Part shown: in pieces, positions 1-10,192 of the stretch
Layout of the letters: each line of letters begins with the position of its first letter
Position numbering within the stretch: the stretch's first letter is position 1
Source of the DNA: Nannocystales bacterium
GTDB taxonomy: Bacteria; Myxococcota_A; Polyangia; Nannocystales; Nannocystaceae
Assembly: GCA_050633305.1 (NCBI GenBank)
Contig: JBOEGF010000027.1
Span: 31,403-95,402 of the forward strand
Length of the DNA stretch: 64,000 bases
Reading direction: 5' to 3'
Notes under the pieces: model-generated
Told to the model about the DNA's origin: nothing
Database searches by the model: none
The model's input: the letters and a program-made list of their open reading frames with translations, nothing else
Made by a program: the position numbers and the translations under genes

Positions 1-157
1 GGGAGCACCTCCCTCACTCCGGGCAGCGGGAGGGTAGGCCCTGAGTGCCCGCGGGTTGGGGTCTGGGTACCTCGGGTCCGGTGGTCTGGCCTTACATGGA
101 CGTGCGTGTGTGCGGGGTATTCGCGTTGGGTGTGGGTTCTTCGATATCCTCAGGGCA

Positions 158-1252
158 GTGAGCGTCACGCTGCATCAGCTGCTTCGCGCGATGGTCGACT
201 CCAACGCGACCGACCTCCACATCACCACCGGTGCGGCACCCATGCTGCGCATCGATGGAGATCTGGTTCCGCTGAAGGCCCCGAAGATGGGTCCAGTGGA
301 GTGCAAGAACCTCTGCTACTCGATTCTGTCCGACAAACAGAAGCAAAGGTTTGAGGAGACCCAGGAACTCGACCTCTCCTTCGGCGTGAAGGGCCTAGCC
401 CGATTCCGCTGCAACCTCTTCGTTCAGCGCGGTGCGACCGGGGGAGCGTTCCGGCTCATTCCGTACGAGATGCCCCCCCTCGAGGCCCTCGGTCTCCCGC
501 CGGTCGTCGCCGAACTCACCAAGAAACCACGGGGCCTCGTCCTCGTGACCGGACCGACCGGCTCGGGCAAGTCCACCTCGCTCGCCTCGATGATCGACAT
601 GATCAACCAAGAGCGGCGCGGGCACATCATGACGATCGAGGACCCGATCGAGTTCCTGCACAACCACAAGGGTTGTCTTGTGAACCAGCGAGAGGTGGGC
701 GCGGACACCGAGAGCTTCAAGAAGGCGCTCAAATACGTGCTCCGTCAGGATCCCGATATCGTGCTCGTCGGCGAGATCCGTGACACCGAAACGATGGAGG
801 CAGCGCTGACCCTCGCCGAAACGGGTCACCTCACCTTCGGAACCATGCACACCAACTCGGCAGTGCAGACGATCAACCGGGTCGTCGACATGTTCGAGTC
901 GCACCGCCAAAACCAGGTGCGAACTCAGCTCAGCTTCGTGCTCGAAGGCGTGCTCACCCAAGCGCTGCTCCCCAAGGTGGGCGGCGGCCGATGTTTGGCT
1001 GTCGAGGTCATGGTGCCCAACGACGCGATCCGGGCCCTGGTCCGAGACGCCAAGCTGCACCAGATCTACTCGCAGATGCAGCTGGGCCAGGGAAAGCACA
1101 ACATGCAGACCTTCAACCAGTCGCTCTCCGACCTCGTGCAACGGGGACTCCTCGCGCTGGAAGTCGCAATGGCGCGCTCGAGCGACCCGGACGAGCTGAG
1201 CAACATGATCGAAGCGGGGAAAGGCCTGCAACAGGTCCAACGGCGGTACTGA
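158..1252 (+). CDS. pilT: Type IV pilus retraction ATPase PilT
   Basis: Walker A GPTGSGKS, TIEDPIE, LRQDPDIVLVGEIRD, ETGHL and AIRALVR motifs. Start moved to in-frame GTG at 158. Confidence 0.95.
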   Translation: MSVTLHQLLRAMVDSNATDLHITTGAAPMLRIDGDLVPLKAPKMGPVECKNLCYSILSDKQKQRFEETQELDLSFGVKGLARFRCNLFVQRGATGGAFRLIPYEMPPLEALGLPPVVAELTKKPRGLVLVTGPTGSGKSTSLASMIDMINQERRGHIMTIEDPIEFLHNHKGCLVNQREVGADTESFKKALKYVLRQDPDIVLVGEIRDTETMEAALTLAETGHLTFGTMHTNSAVQTINRVVDMFESHRQNQVRTQLSFVLEGVLTQALLPKVGGGRCLAVEVMVPNDAIRALVRDAKLHQIYSQMQLGQGKHNMQTFNQSLSDLVQRGLLALEVAMARSSDPDELSNMIEAGKGLQQVQRRY

Positions 1253-1286
1253 GCCCCGCTGACGAGACGGCCGAAGGACACACGCC

Positions 1287-2492
1287 ATGCCAGCCTATAT
1301 TTGGGAAGCCACAACGCGCGCGGGAGAGTTTCGTAGCGGCACGATCGAAGCCGACAACGAAGGCGTGGTCCAGGAGCGTCTGCAAAACCAGGGGCTCAAC
1401 GTCACCAAGCTGAAGCGCAAACCGCTCGAGCTGCAGATCCCCTCGATCGGGACCGGCGTCAGCCTCCGGGACAAGGTGGTCTTCACCCGCACCTTTTCCA
1501 CGATGATCGATGCGGGCCTGCCGATCGTCCAATCGATCGACATGCTCGCGACCCAGTCGGAGAGCCTCCACTTCCGAAGAATCCTCGCCAGCGTCAAGGC
1601 CGACGTGGAGACTGGAAAGTCGCTCAGCGAGTCGATGGCTGCCCACCCGAAGGTGTTCGACCAGCTGTTCTGCGCGCTCGTCTCCGCAGGCGAAGCGGGC
1701 GGCATCTTGGACATCATCTTCCGCCGGTTGGCGACCTACATGGAGAAGGCCGCCGCCCTCCGTCGTCAGGTGATGCGCGCGCTGATCTACCCCAGCGCGA
1801 TTCTCACGGTGGGCATCGTCGTGATGATCGTGATGATGACCAAGGTCCTCCCGGTCTTCGAGAAGATGTTCAAGGACCTCGGCGCAGGCAGCCTCCCGGC
1901 GCTGACGCGGATGGTGCTCGCGCTCTCGCACGGCATTGCGGACAACATCGTCGTCGTCCTCATCGCCATGGCCCTGTTCGTCGTCGGCTTCATCGCCGCC
2001 TCACGGACGGCGAAAGGGCGCTACGTGATCGATACGATCACCCTCAAGATGCCCATCGTGGGTCCGGTGATCCGAAAGATCGCCGTGGCTCGGTTCACCC
2101 GAACGCTGGGTACGCTCCTCAACTCCGGTGTCCCGATCCTCGACGCCCTCGAGATCGTTGCGAAGACTTCGGGCAACCTCGTGGTCAGCCGCGCGATCAT
2201 GTACGCGCGAGGCAAGATCGAGGAAGGCTCCGACATCGCTTCCCCGCTGCTCGAGACCGGAATTTTTCCTCCCATGGTGGTCCAGATGATCGGAGTGGGA
2301 GAGCAGTCCGGTGCGATGGACGAGATGCTCCAAAAGATCGCCGACTTCTACGAAGAAGAAGTCGACGTCGCCGTCGGTGCGATGACCGCTCTTCTGGGCC
2401 CGCTGATGGTCGTCGGGCTTGGCGGTGCGGTGGGCACGATGCTCATCGCCATGTACCTGCCGATCTTCGAAGTCGCCGGCAACATCAAGTAG
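1287..2492 (+). CDS. pilC: Type IV pilus inner-membrane platform protein PilC (T2SS F family)
   Basis: Two T2SSF repeats (GEAGGILD, GEQSGAMDEML, MYLPIF); follows pilT. Confidence 0.95.
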   Translation: MPAYIWEATTRAGEFRSGTIEADNEGVVQERLQNQGLNVTKLKRKPLELQIPSIGTGVSLRDKVVFTRTFSTMIDAGLPIVQSIDMLATQSESLHFRRILASVKADVETGKSLSESMAAHPKVFDQLFCALVSAGEAGGILDIIFRRLATYMEKAAALRRQVMRALIYPSAILTVGIVVMIVMMTKVLPVFEKMFKDLGAGSLPALTRMVLALSHGIADNIVVVLIAMALFVVGFIAASRTAKGRYVIDTITLKMPIVGPVIRKIAVARFTRTLGTLLNSGVPILDALEIVAKTSGNLVVSRAIMYARGKIEEGSDIASPLLETGIFPPMVVQMIGVGEQSGAMDEMLQKIADFYEEEVDVAVGAMTALLGPLMVVGLGGAVGTMLIAMYLPIFEVAGNIK

Positions 2493-4172
2493 GTGGAGGT
2501 CTCCGACTCTACGCCGGCCGGTGCAACTCCGGCGTTGTCGGAGCACGCCCGGCGGATCTCCTACTTCATGCTGGTGCGGCTGGCGATTCTCGCCGGGTTG
2601 ACCGTCCTCGCCAGCTTCGTGACCTACGCCCGCGGCGACGACGTCCTCGCGGGACACATCACCCTTCTATGGAGTGTTGTCGGTGTCGGCTTCGCACTGA
2701 CCGTCGTCTTCGCCCGCCTGCTGCCGCGCGCCCGAGACCTCAGCCGGTTTGCAGGGGCCCAGACCACAGCGGACCTCTTGCTCTCCGCCGTGGCCGTCTA
2801 CCTGTCCGGCGGCGTCGATTCGGGGCTGGCGACGCTGTACCTCATCTCCGTGCTGGGGGCGGCCATCATGGGTGGCCCTCGTCTGACGTGGGCCGCCGCT
2901 GCGGCCGCAACGGTGCTCTACGCCACAAGCGCAATGCTCGAAGCCAGCGACCTGCTGGTTCCGATGGGGATCGATCCCTACGTTGCGCTCAGCCCTCGAG
3001 TGCTGGGGTTCAACGTGTTGCGGACCGTCGGCGGCATCGTGGGAGTCACGGTACTCTCGTCATACCTCAACCGGCAGCTCACCTCGTCCGTCTCGGCCCT
3101 GGGAACGCTCCGCCTGCTCAACGAGAACATCGTGCGGTCGATCAGCTCGGGGCTGCTCACCGTCGACATGCACGGCCACGTTCTGTATTTCAATCCGATG
3201 GCGCGACGCATTCTCGATCTCGAGGATGCGGACATCGGGCGGTCACTCGATAACCTGCTCCCCGGTTGCATCCTCGACGCTCCCGCCGGCGTCGATGCGC
3301 GTCAAGAGCTGGTCGTCCTCACCCGCGAGAGTCGCCACGTCCGGGTCGGGCTCAGCCTCGCCCCCCTCACAGATGCCGCGGAGAACCGACTCGGTCATGT
3401 TGTGAACTTCCAAGACCTCACGCGACTGCACGAGCTGTCGCAGCAGGTTCGGCGCAACGATTCACTGGCCGCCGTCGGTGGGCTTGCCGCATCGGTGGCG
3501 CACGAGATCCGAAACCCGCTCGCGGCGATCAGCGGGTCGGCCGAGTTGCTGGGCACCGCGGAACTGACCGGCGAGGACAAAAAACTGCTGGGCATCATTC
3601 GGCGGGAGTCCGGGCGCCTGTCCGCCCTGATCACCGACCTGCTCTCCTTCACCCGCCCTAGGCCGCCTCAGCGTCGCCGGACGCGAGTGGCACAGACGGC
3701 CCTCGAAGCGGTCGAAGCGTTTCGGACCGACCCATCGAGCCAGGGGATCACGCTCGAGTCCAAAGGAGACGACGGCTTCGACACCGATGCCTACGTCGAC
3801 CCGGCTCAACTGGCTCAGGTGTTGTGGAACCTGCTGCGAAACGCTGGGCAGGCACTGGAGGGCGAGGGGACCATCCTGCTGGAGACGACGGCCGAGGACA
3901 GTGGCGTGCGCATCGACGTCGTCGATGACGGACCTGGCATCGACCCCGAGCACCTCGAACGCGTCTTCGACCCATTTTTCACGACCAAAGACACCGGGAC
4001 AGGCTTTGGCCTCGCGATCGTGCACCGTATGGTCGAGGAGAATGGCGGCACCATCGAATGCGAGTCCTCCCCCGAGGGCACCCGCTTCACGCTCCGACTC
4101 CCGCCGTACGTGCCCCAGAATCAGCCCGATGACTCCGGCATCCTCGAGCTGACCGACTCCGTCAGAACGTAA
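2493..4172 (+). CDS. pilS: PilS-like membrane sensor histidine kinase
   Basis: About 6 N-terminal TM helices, PAS-like region, H-box AHEIRNPL, HATPase DDGPG / FFTTK / GTGFGL; position matches myxobacterial pilTCS synteny. Confidence 0.8.
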   Translation: MEVSDSTPAGATPALSEHARRISYFMLVRLAILAGLTVLASFVTYARGDDVLAGHITLLWSVVGVGFALTVVFARLLPRARDLSRFAGAQTTADLLLSAVAVYLSGGVDSGLATLYLISVLGAAIMGGPRLTWAAAAAATVLYATSAMLEASDLLVPMGIDPYVALSPRVLGFNVLRTVGGIVGVTVLSSYLNRQLTSSVSALGTLRLLNENIVRSISSGLLTVDMHGHVLYFNPMARRILDLEDADIGRSLDNLLPGCILDAPAGVDARQELVVLTRESRHVRVGLSLAPLTDAAENRLGHVVNFQDLTRLHELSQQVRRNDSLAAVGGLAASVAHEIRNPLAAISGSAELLGTAELTGEDKKLLGIIRRESGRLSALITDLLSFTRPRPPQRRRTRVAQTALEAVEAFRTDPSSQGITLESKGDDGFDTDAYVDPAQLAQVLWNLLRNAGQALEGEGTILLETTAEDSGVRIDVVDDGPGIDPEHLERVFDPFFTTKDTGTGFGLAIVHRMVEENGGTIECESSPEGTRFTLRLPPYVPQNQPDDSGILELTDSVRT

Positions 4173-6036
4173 TCGCCGGACCCACGTTGAGGTCGAACAG
4201 AACACTCGTCGTTGAAGGCATCCAGCCACCGACGTTGAGCTCCGCGAACAAGGCGAAGTTCTTGTGGAGCTGGTAGTTGAAGCCGAGCAGCGCGCCGAAC
4301 ATGGCCGGTCCGATCACGACGGTGTCGATGCGCTCGTCGTCGGGAGCCGTCGACCCACGCAGTCCCAGCGCGAGTTCACGATCGACGTCCCCATCGGCGC
4401 CCCCCGTGCAGCCCTGCGTGTACGGCCAGACGGCAACACACGTGGATGGTTCGACTCGGCCTTCTGCGTTGAGCGGACCGCTGAGCGCCACCTCTCCGAG
4501 GTCGGGCACGCTGTTTCCGTTGCGGTCGTTGGCAAAGTTCATCGGGACCCGGAGGCGTGCCTGTCCGTAGCCCGCGAAGCCACCTGCGAACACGCGGAAC
4601 TTCCGGTCGTCCTTGCCAAAGAAGTACTTCACCTTCGCGCCAACGGCCCATGTGAAGCCTGGCTTCTGCTGAAAGCCCGGAGGGGCCACACCGCGGACGT
4701 TGGTGTTGTAGCTCGTTGCGGGGGCGAGACTGGTGTCGTCGGTAAAGACCTTGGACCCGGTGACCAGCTGCAGCCGGCTGTAGACAGAGACGACGACGGC
4801 CCGGCTGACGCGGATTCCGATCTCGGGCGCGATGTGAAAGGGCGCCAACGCGAACCCGGTACTCACCGGGTGGCGTTGCGAGCAGTAGCCCGGATCGTAG
4901 GCCGAAGCGAACGCGGCTCGAGCAGTCTCGTCGCCCGCGGTATACGGGACAGCTCCAAGCGGTTCGAGCTCGGCGAGGTGCTGCTGGAACGAGAACGCAT
5001 CGCCCGCAAGGGGCTGTTTCCCAGCGTACCAACGCTCGACGGCACAGGCCTGCTCGCGGGTGCCGTACACGGCGCCCGGAATACCGGGGGTGTACTGCTC
5101 GTAGGTTTGCTCAGCGGTGCCGCGTGCGATGCCAAGGCCGGTTCCGATGCCGAGGTTGATGAACACCCGAGCCAAGCCGGACTTGCCCTTGGGCTTCCGC
5201 TCTTTCTTGGTGTCGTCCTCACCGCCGTCATCGCCCTTGTCCTCGCCCCCATCGTCTCCGCCCTCGCCTCCAGCGGCTGCGACTGGAGCAACGGCGTTCT
5301 CGTCCATCTTGAGAACCAGCGGGTTGAGCTTGTCGCCCCGGCTGACCAACGGCTGGTTGGTCGGGTTGAAGGCGTAGAAGAAGTACTCGATGTCCTTGCC
5401 ACCGTGACTGGCGGCCGGAATGGTCCAGGCCCCCCAGTTGTCCTCGCCGACCATCGTCTCGCCGGCGAACTCGGCATCGGAGCCGACGGGACGCCAGTAC
5501 ATCACCAGCGTGCTCCCCAGCGGCATCGTCGTGTTTGCGACCGCCACAAACTCAATGTCGGCGTTCGGGGTGCCCGGTGGTGGCGTATGGACGACGTCGT
5601 TCGCAGGAGGCTGGACCCCTGCCCGCGCCTCGTTGCAGATCTCGGTCAGGTCTTGCGAGGCCAGCTCGATGGGGAGCTTGACGTTGTAGTCGATCTGGAC
5701 GGCATCGAGGCAGGACTGCAACGCCTGCCCCCGGTCCTGGGAGATGGAAAAGACGATGCCGGCCCGCATCGCGTACATCTTCGCGAGCGAAGGGTCGCCA
5801 GCGAGTCCCGCGGACAAAGCGTTGGCGATGGCACTGTCGAGGGTGACCTGCGCGCCTTCGAGGTCGAGCTCGTTGAGCTGTTCCGCGGCGGTGATGTACG
5901 CGTCCGTGAGGTCGTCCCGCGGGGACGCATCAGCAAACGTGGGCACCAGCAGGGTCGCGGCCGCGAGCGCGCCGACGAGAACCGAGCCTCGGGCGCGGCT
6001 TGCAAGGGAGTTGCAGCGTTGTCGAAGACCGGTCAC
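4162..6036 (-). CDS. Secreted or outer-membrane protein: helical TPR-like N-terminus, beta-sandwich domain, probable C-terminal beta-barrel
   Basis: Signal peptide (..TFADA), acidic/Gly linker, alternating amphipathic strands, terminal Phe (GPAITF). Confidence 0.6.
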   Translation of the reverse strand: MTGLRQRCNSLASRARGSVLVGALAAATLLVPTFADASPRDDLTDAYITAAEQLNELDLEGAQVTLDSAIANALSAGLAGDPSLAKMYAMRAGIVFSISQDRGQALQSCLDAVQIDYNVKLPIELASQDLTEICNEARAGVQPPANDVVHTPPPGTPNADIEFVAVANTTMPLGSTLVMYWRPVGSDAEFAGETMVGEDNWGAWTIPAASHGGKDIEYFFYAFNPTNQPLVSRGDKLNPLVLKMDENAVAPVAAAGGEGGDDGGEDKGDDGGEDDTKKERKPKGKSGLARVFINLGIGTGLGIARGTAEQTYEQYTPGIPGAVYGTREQACAVERWYAGKQPLAGDAFSFQQHLAELEPLGAVPYTAGDETARAAFASAYDPGYCSQRHPVSTGFALAPFHIAPEIGIRVSRAVVVSVYSRLQLVTGSKVFTDDTSLAPATSYNTNVRGVAPPGFQQKPGFTWAVGAKVKYFFGKDDRKFRVFAGGFAGYGQARLRVPMNFANDRNGNSVPDLGEVALSGPLNAEGRVEPSTCVAVWPYTQGCTGGADGDVDRELALGLRGSTAPDDERIDTVVIGPAMFGALLGFNYQLHKNFALFAELNVGGWMPSTTSVLFDLNVGPAITF

Positions 6037-6290
6037 CGCCGATGGTTCTACTACGGCTACGTGCGAAAAAGCGAACCGCAGCGGGGTTTTGGAGCCGCGG
6101 TTCGCCGATGGGCGCCAGAGTCGGACGCTCCGGAGCGGACGACCCCAACCGAGAAGGGCCGCCGGGATGCGACGCCACCAAGGTGTGCTCCGGCGTTTCC
6201 CCGGGGATTTCCCAAAGGAGCGCCTCTCACATCAACGCGGAGCCGTCGCGCGCGACGTGCCCGGTCGCGCTCGACGTGCTCGGTCGCCCT

Positions 6291-7484
6291 CTACTTGTCG
6301 CACTTCGCGTTGGAGACGTTGAACTCCACCCGACGGTTGCGCGCGCGGCCATCCGAGGACCGGTTGCTGTCGATGGGACGTTCCTCACCGAAGCCGACGG
6401 GCTCGAGACGGCTGCTTGGGACGCCGCGAGAGCGCAGGTAGGTGGCAACGGCGTCGGAGCGACGCTGCGAGAGCTTCTTGTTGTACTTGTTCCCGCCCTT
6501 GGAGTCCGTGTGGCCTTCAACCCGGAAGTTGAGTTCTTCGGGCACGGAGAGGATGACGGTGGCGACGTCGTTGAGAAGCTCGAAGCTCTTCGGATCGATC
6601 TCCGACTTGTTGAACTTGAAGAAGACCTTCTCGCTGATCTTGACCGAACAACCGTCGAACTCGGCCTTGAGGTCGGGGCAGCCGTCATCATCACGATCGC
6701 CGTCGTAGTCCTCGGGCTTGTCGGGACACTGGTCCTTGCCCTTGCAGACGTCGGCGTACTTCTCGGCGTTCGGCGAGCCCTCGACCCACGGGTCGCAGAT
6801 CTTGTCCGAGTCGTTGTCCGCGTCGGGACAACCGTTGTCATCCTCGAAGTTGTCGATGTCCTCGGGATCGACGGGGCACTGGTCCGGCTCGTCGAGGATG
6901 CCGTCGTTGTCGTTGTCGGGGTCAGGACAGCCGTCCTCGTCCTCGAAGTTGTCGACATCCTCTTTGTCGTTGCGACAGTCCTTGCCGTCTTTCTGGTCGA
7001 GGTTGACCCACTCGCCGTCCTTGAACTCGGACGCGTCGAGGATCCCGTCCCCGTCGTTGTCCTTGTCGGGACAGCCGTCGTCGTCCTCGAAGGAGTCGAA
7101 GTCCTCCGGCTCGTCGGGACACTTGTCCGCGGCATCGTCGTATCCGTCGCCGTCGCGGTCCCCCACACGCGCCACGGGCTTGTCGCGGCAGCGCTCGGGG
7201 TCTGTCAGCTTTTGCGCCTTCTCGGTGTAGTAGGCGGCCGACTCGGCGGCCTGCTTGCCCCGGTAGTACTCCCCAATGGCCAGCGCGTCCTCGGCGAACT
7301 TGATGTTCGCTTCGGCGATTGCGGTCTCTTTGGGTGCGCAGTTGATCGACTTGGAGCCATCGCGAATGGCCCGCTGTAGCTGGGTCTGGGTGCCTTCGAC
7401 CTCGCCAAGGAGTTTCTGGCCCACGCAACCGGTGGGGCCAAGCACGAGCACGGCGAGCAGGACGGACGAACGGGAGACGCTCAT
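6291..7484 (-). CDS. OmpA-family lipoprotein with thrombospondin type 3-like Ca-binding repeats
   Basis: Lipobox PTGC, repeated PEDxDxFEDxDGCPDxDND units, OmpA_C motifs VEGHTDS, LSQRR, NRRVEF. Confidence 0.92.
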   Translation of the reverse strand: MSVSRSSVLLAVLVLGPTGCVGQKLLGEVEGTQTQLQRAIRDGSKSINCAPKETAIAEANIKFAEDALAIGEYYRGKQAAESAAYYTEKAQKLTDPERCRDKPVARVGDRDGDGYDDAADKCPDEPEDFDSFEDDDGCPDKDNDGDGILDASEFKDGEWVNLDQKDGKDCRNDKEDVDNFEDEDGCPDPDNDNDGILDEPDQCPVDPEDIDNFEDDNGCPDADNDSDKICDPWVEGSPNAEKYADVCKGKDQCPDKPEDYDGDRDDDGCPDLKAEFDGCSVKISEKVFFKFNKSEIDPKSFELLNDVATVILSVPEELNFRVEGHTDSKGGNKYNKKLSQRRSDAVATYLRSRGVPSSRLEPVGFGEERPIDSNRSSDGRARNRRVEFNVSNAKCDK

Positions 7485-7924
7485 TTGCCACCTCCGATCG
7501 AGATCGAGCCGGAGGCCTTGGCTTTGCCACCTCCAACTTCGGCGTCCCCCTCGGCGGCCCCGTTGGCGTCCGCCGCGGGAGCGTTGTCGGCGTCGTCGTC
7601 CAGCGTCTCGGTCATCTCGCCGGCTTCACGCTTGTCGGACTTGCGCTTGGCTTCCTCTGCCAGCTGCTTGGCGCGCTCGCCGTAGTCAAAGGAGCGCTCG
7701 TACTCGCTGTACGCCATCAGCACCTTGGCCTGCTCGAGATAGGTCACGGCACCCCAGTACTCATACGGCGCGTACTGCTCCGCACCGGCTTGCTTGGCAT
7801 CGGCGACAGCTTTGGAAGCGTCGCGGGATACTTTGCCGAGATAGCCGAAGGGTCCACATCCGCCGAGCAATGCGGCAGAGGCGGCGACGAGGAGCAAGGA
7901 AGATCGAAGAGATCGAGTACGCAC
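7481..7924 (-). CDS. DUF4398-like lipoprotein
   Basis: Lipobox LGGC, helical AKQAGAEQYAPYEY motif; 4-bp overlap with the OmpA gene. Confidence 0.75.
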   Translation of the reverse strand: MRTRSLRSSLLLVAASAALLGGCGPFGYLGKVSRDASKAVADAKQAGAEQYAPYEYWGAVTYLEQAKVLMAYSEYERSFDYGERAKQLAEEAKRKSDKREAGEMTETLDDDADNAPAADANGAAEGDAEVGGGKAKASGSISIGGGK

Positions 7925-8131
7925 GGGTACAGGGGCCGACAGTCCAAGGGGGCGATGGAAAGCTCAGGGCGGACATCCGGCGCTAGATCCCGAGCATCGC
8001 TGGCGTTTTTCGCGCTCGCGGACGATAGCAACGGGCTGCACACAGGGTCAACCGAAGGGAGCGTCGCGGGGGTGTGCGGGTGTCCAGTTCAGCCGAGGTC
8101 TCGCGCCGCCGAGACTGCTACGCTGCGGGCC

Positions 8132-9034
8132 GTGAAGGGGGCGTGGTTTCGAATCAGCGTCGTTCTGGCCCCTGTGGTGGTCAACGGATGCACACGTATA
8201 TCCGACACGCATCGTTTCGAGCCCAACACCGAGACGGTGGAGATCACTGCCACGGTTCCCGAGGCCGGGGGCCCGGCGTTCCCGGACATGTCGGTGCGCC
8301 TGTGCTGGTCCGACCTCATCGATCCGCAGTCGCTCACGGACGTCGACGCGGTGATGGGTTCGGGAAGTCTCCTCACCGACGCGCGGCTCGGGTTCGAGCT
8401 GAGCCCGTGGACTTCGCAAGACGGAGAACCCCTCACCGCCGATGCGGCACTGCCCTGGTGCGAGGGCTCGGTGGTCACGGTGACGCCGAAGGAGCCCCTG
8501 ACCCCCGGGGTGCAGTACCGGATGCGCTTGGCGGACGCCGCCGTCGGTTGGGATGGCGAGACCCCCAACCTCGACACACCAGGATGGGACTCGGCCGAGG
8601 GAAGCAACGCGTTCAACTTCTTCTTGGAGTTCGATGTTGTCCCGTTCGATACGCCGACGCGTCGGCCTAAAGACCCACCGGAGACGATCACGCTGGCCTC
8701 CCTGTTTGAGGACGGCCAACTCTTCGACCCGCAGCGGGAGACGTGCAGCTGCCACCGCGACGCCGACGATGATGCCAGTCTACGACTGGACCTCAGTTCG
8801 CCGGACGCGGCGTTCGAGGATCTGATGTTCGACACCCGGCTGCGGGACACCGGTTATCCGATGGTGACTCCGCGCCGGCCCTCGGAGAGCTTCCTGCTCC
8901 ACAAGGTCCTACGCGACGAGGGTGGTCCCCTGCCCGGCGTCTACGGCAACGCGATGCCGCCCGGAGATGAGCCGCTCCCCTATGCCGACTACGTCATGCT
9001 GGCCCGATGGATCGAAGACGGCGCGGCGCGCTGA
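8132..9034 (+). CDS. Lipoprotein with Ig-like domain and planctomycete-type cytochrome c-like C-terminal domain
   Basis: Lipobox VVNGC; VTVTPKEPLTPGVQY resembles SbsA/Big_5 Ig; CSCH..LRLD..SESFLLHKV..MPP..RWIEDGA. Start set at GTG 8132. Confidence 0.6.
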   Translation: MKGAWFRISVVLAPVVVNGCTRISDTHRFEPNTETVEITATVPEAGGPAFPDMSVRLCWSDLIDPQSLTDVDAVMGSGSLLTDARLGFELSPWTSQDGEPLTADAALPWCEGSVVTVTPKEPLTPGVQYRMRLADAAVGWDGETPNLDTPGWDSAEGSNAFNFFLEFDVVPFDTPTRRPKDPPETITLASLFEDGQLFDPQRETCSCHRDADDDASLRLDLSSPDAAFEDLMFDTRLRDTGYPMVTPRRPSESFLLHKVLRDEGGPLPGVYGNAMPPGDEPLPYADYVMLARWIEDGAAR

Positions 9035-9035
9035 G

Positions 9036-9782
9036 TCACGGGCTTGGCCGGCGGAGGAGGAACATCGAGTTGGTGTACGGGCTTGCCTCGTGCTCGGGCG
9101 GAAGCGGACGCTCGATGATGTCCGGCTCGAAGCCGACCGACCCGGCCAGCTGTGTCCACATGCCTTGGGTGAACAACCCGCAGACGTGACGGTCGTGAAC
9201 GGCTCGCACCTCGCCCTCTTCGCGCAGCAGGAAGGCAAAGTCGTACACGTGAGTGTTGTCTGTCGGGTCCGGATCGTAGGACCAGCTGACCCCACGCAGG
9301 CCTCGGTGCGCGTCGTCGCCCGCATGGTTTTCATGGGAGGCGAAGAACGTTTCTTTGAGGCAGTCGGGGACGAACAACGCGGCCCCGCCTGGCCGAAGGT
9401 GGTCGAAGGCGGTCTGAAACACGCGTCGTAGGTCTGACTCCGACAACATGTACGAGACCGCGTCGTGGCACAGGACGCAGTCGAAGCTTCGTCCCAATGC
9501 GAGGCTCCGCATGTCGCCTTGCACATGCTCGCAATTGGGGTTGAGTGACCGCGAGCGCGCGAGCATCGGCTCGGAAAGATCGGTGAGCGTGACGTCGTCA
9601 AAACGAGACTTCACATAGAACGCACCATGCCCGGCCCCTGCACCGAGTTCGAGCAACGAGGTCGCTGCCGGGACAGCGCCCAGGAGCACGTCACCGAACA
9701 CCTGCCCTTCGTCGGCGTGGTCCTCGAGCGGATCGAGCAGGTGGTAGAATGGCACCAGGGCGTCGTACAGAAGCGGTGTCAT
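9036..9782 (-). CDS. Class I SAM-dependent methyltransferase
   Basis: LLELGAGAG motif I, DLSEPML, GDMR, HLRPGG. Start set at ATG 9782. Confidence 0.88.
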   Translation of the reverse strand: MTPLLYDALVPFYHLLDPLEDHADEGQVFGDVLLGAVPAATSLLELGAGAGHGAFYVKSRFDDVTLTDLSEPMLARSRSLNPNCEHVQGDMRSLALGRSFDCVLCHDAVSYMLSESDLRRVFQTAFDHLRPGGAALFVPDCLKETFFASHENHAGDDAHRGLRGVSWSYDPDPTDNTHVYDFAFLLREEGEVRAVHDRHVCGLFTQGMWTQLAGSVGFEPDIIERPLPPEHEASPYTNSMFLLRRPSP

Positions 9783-9807
9783 CGCTTGCACAGCGTAGCG
9801 GGCCGGC

Positions 9808-10188
9808 TCAGCGACCACCGGGAAGCTTGGCAGTGATCGCATCGCGCTCCATCTCACCGACCATCTCGATCATCTGCTCGAGGCGAGCTTCTCGTTCATG
9901 GGCTCGATCGTAGACCTTGGTGAACCCCGCCTCCGAGTACCCCAGAGCCTTGGCCTTTTCGTACTCGGCGATCGCGCGCTGGGTCTCGACGAGGCACGTG
10001 GTCAGCTGGCTGCGATCGAGCCGGGCCGCGTGCTCCCCCTTCTCATAGTGCAACTTGCACGGGCCGCGCTCGGCATCGCCTTCGATCTCCAGGCCCCGCA
10101 TGTAGACGTCGTACGAACTCTCGCCACATGCGAGCTGCGACCCGAGGAGCAACCCGAGGAGGGGGGCGGCGAACAGCAGGCGCGGCAT
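9808..10188 (-). CDS. Small hypothetical lipoprotein
   Basis: MPRLLFAAPLLGLLLGSQLAC signal peptide and lipobox; helical body. Confidence 0.65.
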   Translation of the reverse strand: MPRLLFAAPLLGLLLGSQLACGESSYDVYMRGLEIEGDAERGPCKLHYEKGEHAARLDRSQLTTCLVETQRAIAEYEKAKALGYSEAGFTKVYDRAHEREARLEQMIEMVGEMERDAITAKLPGGR

Positions 10189-10192
10189 GGCT

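Noticed and set aside
4264..7379. Long plus-strand ORFs of 725 and 459 aa
   Set aside because: Antisense shadows of real minus-strand genes, expected in high-GC DNA.
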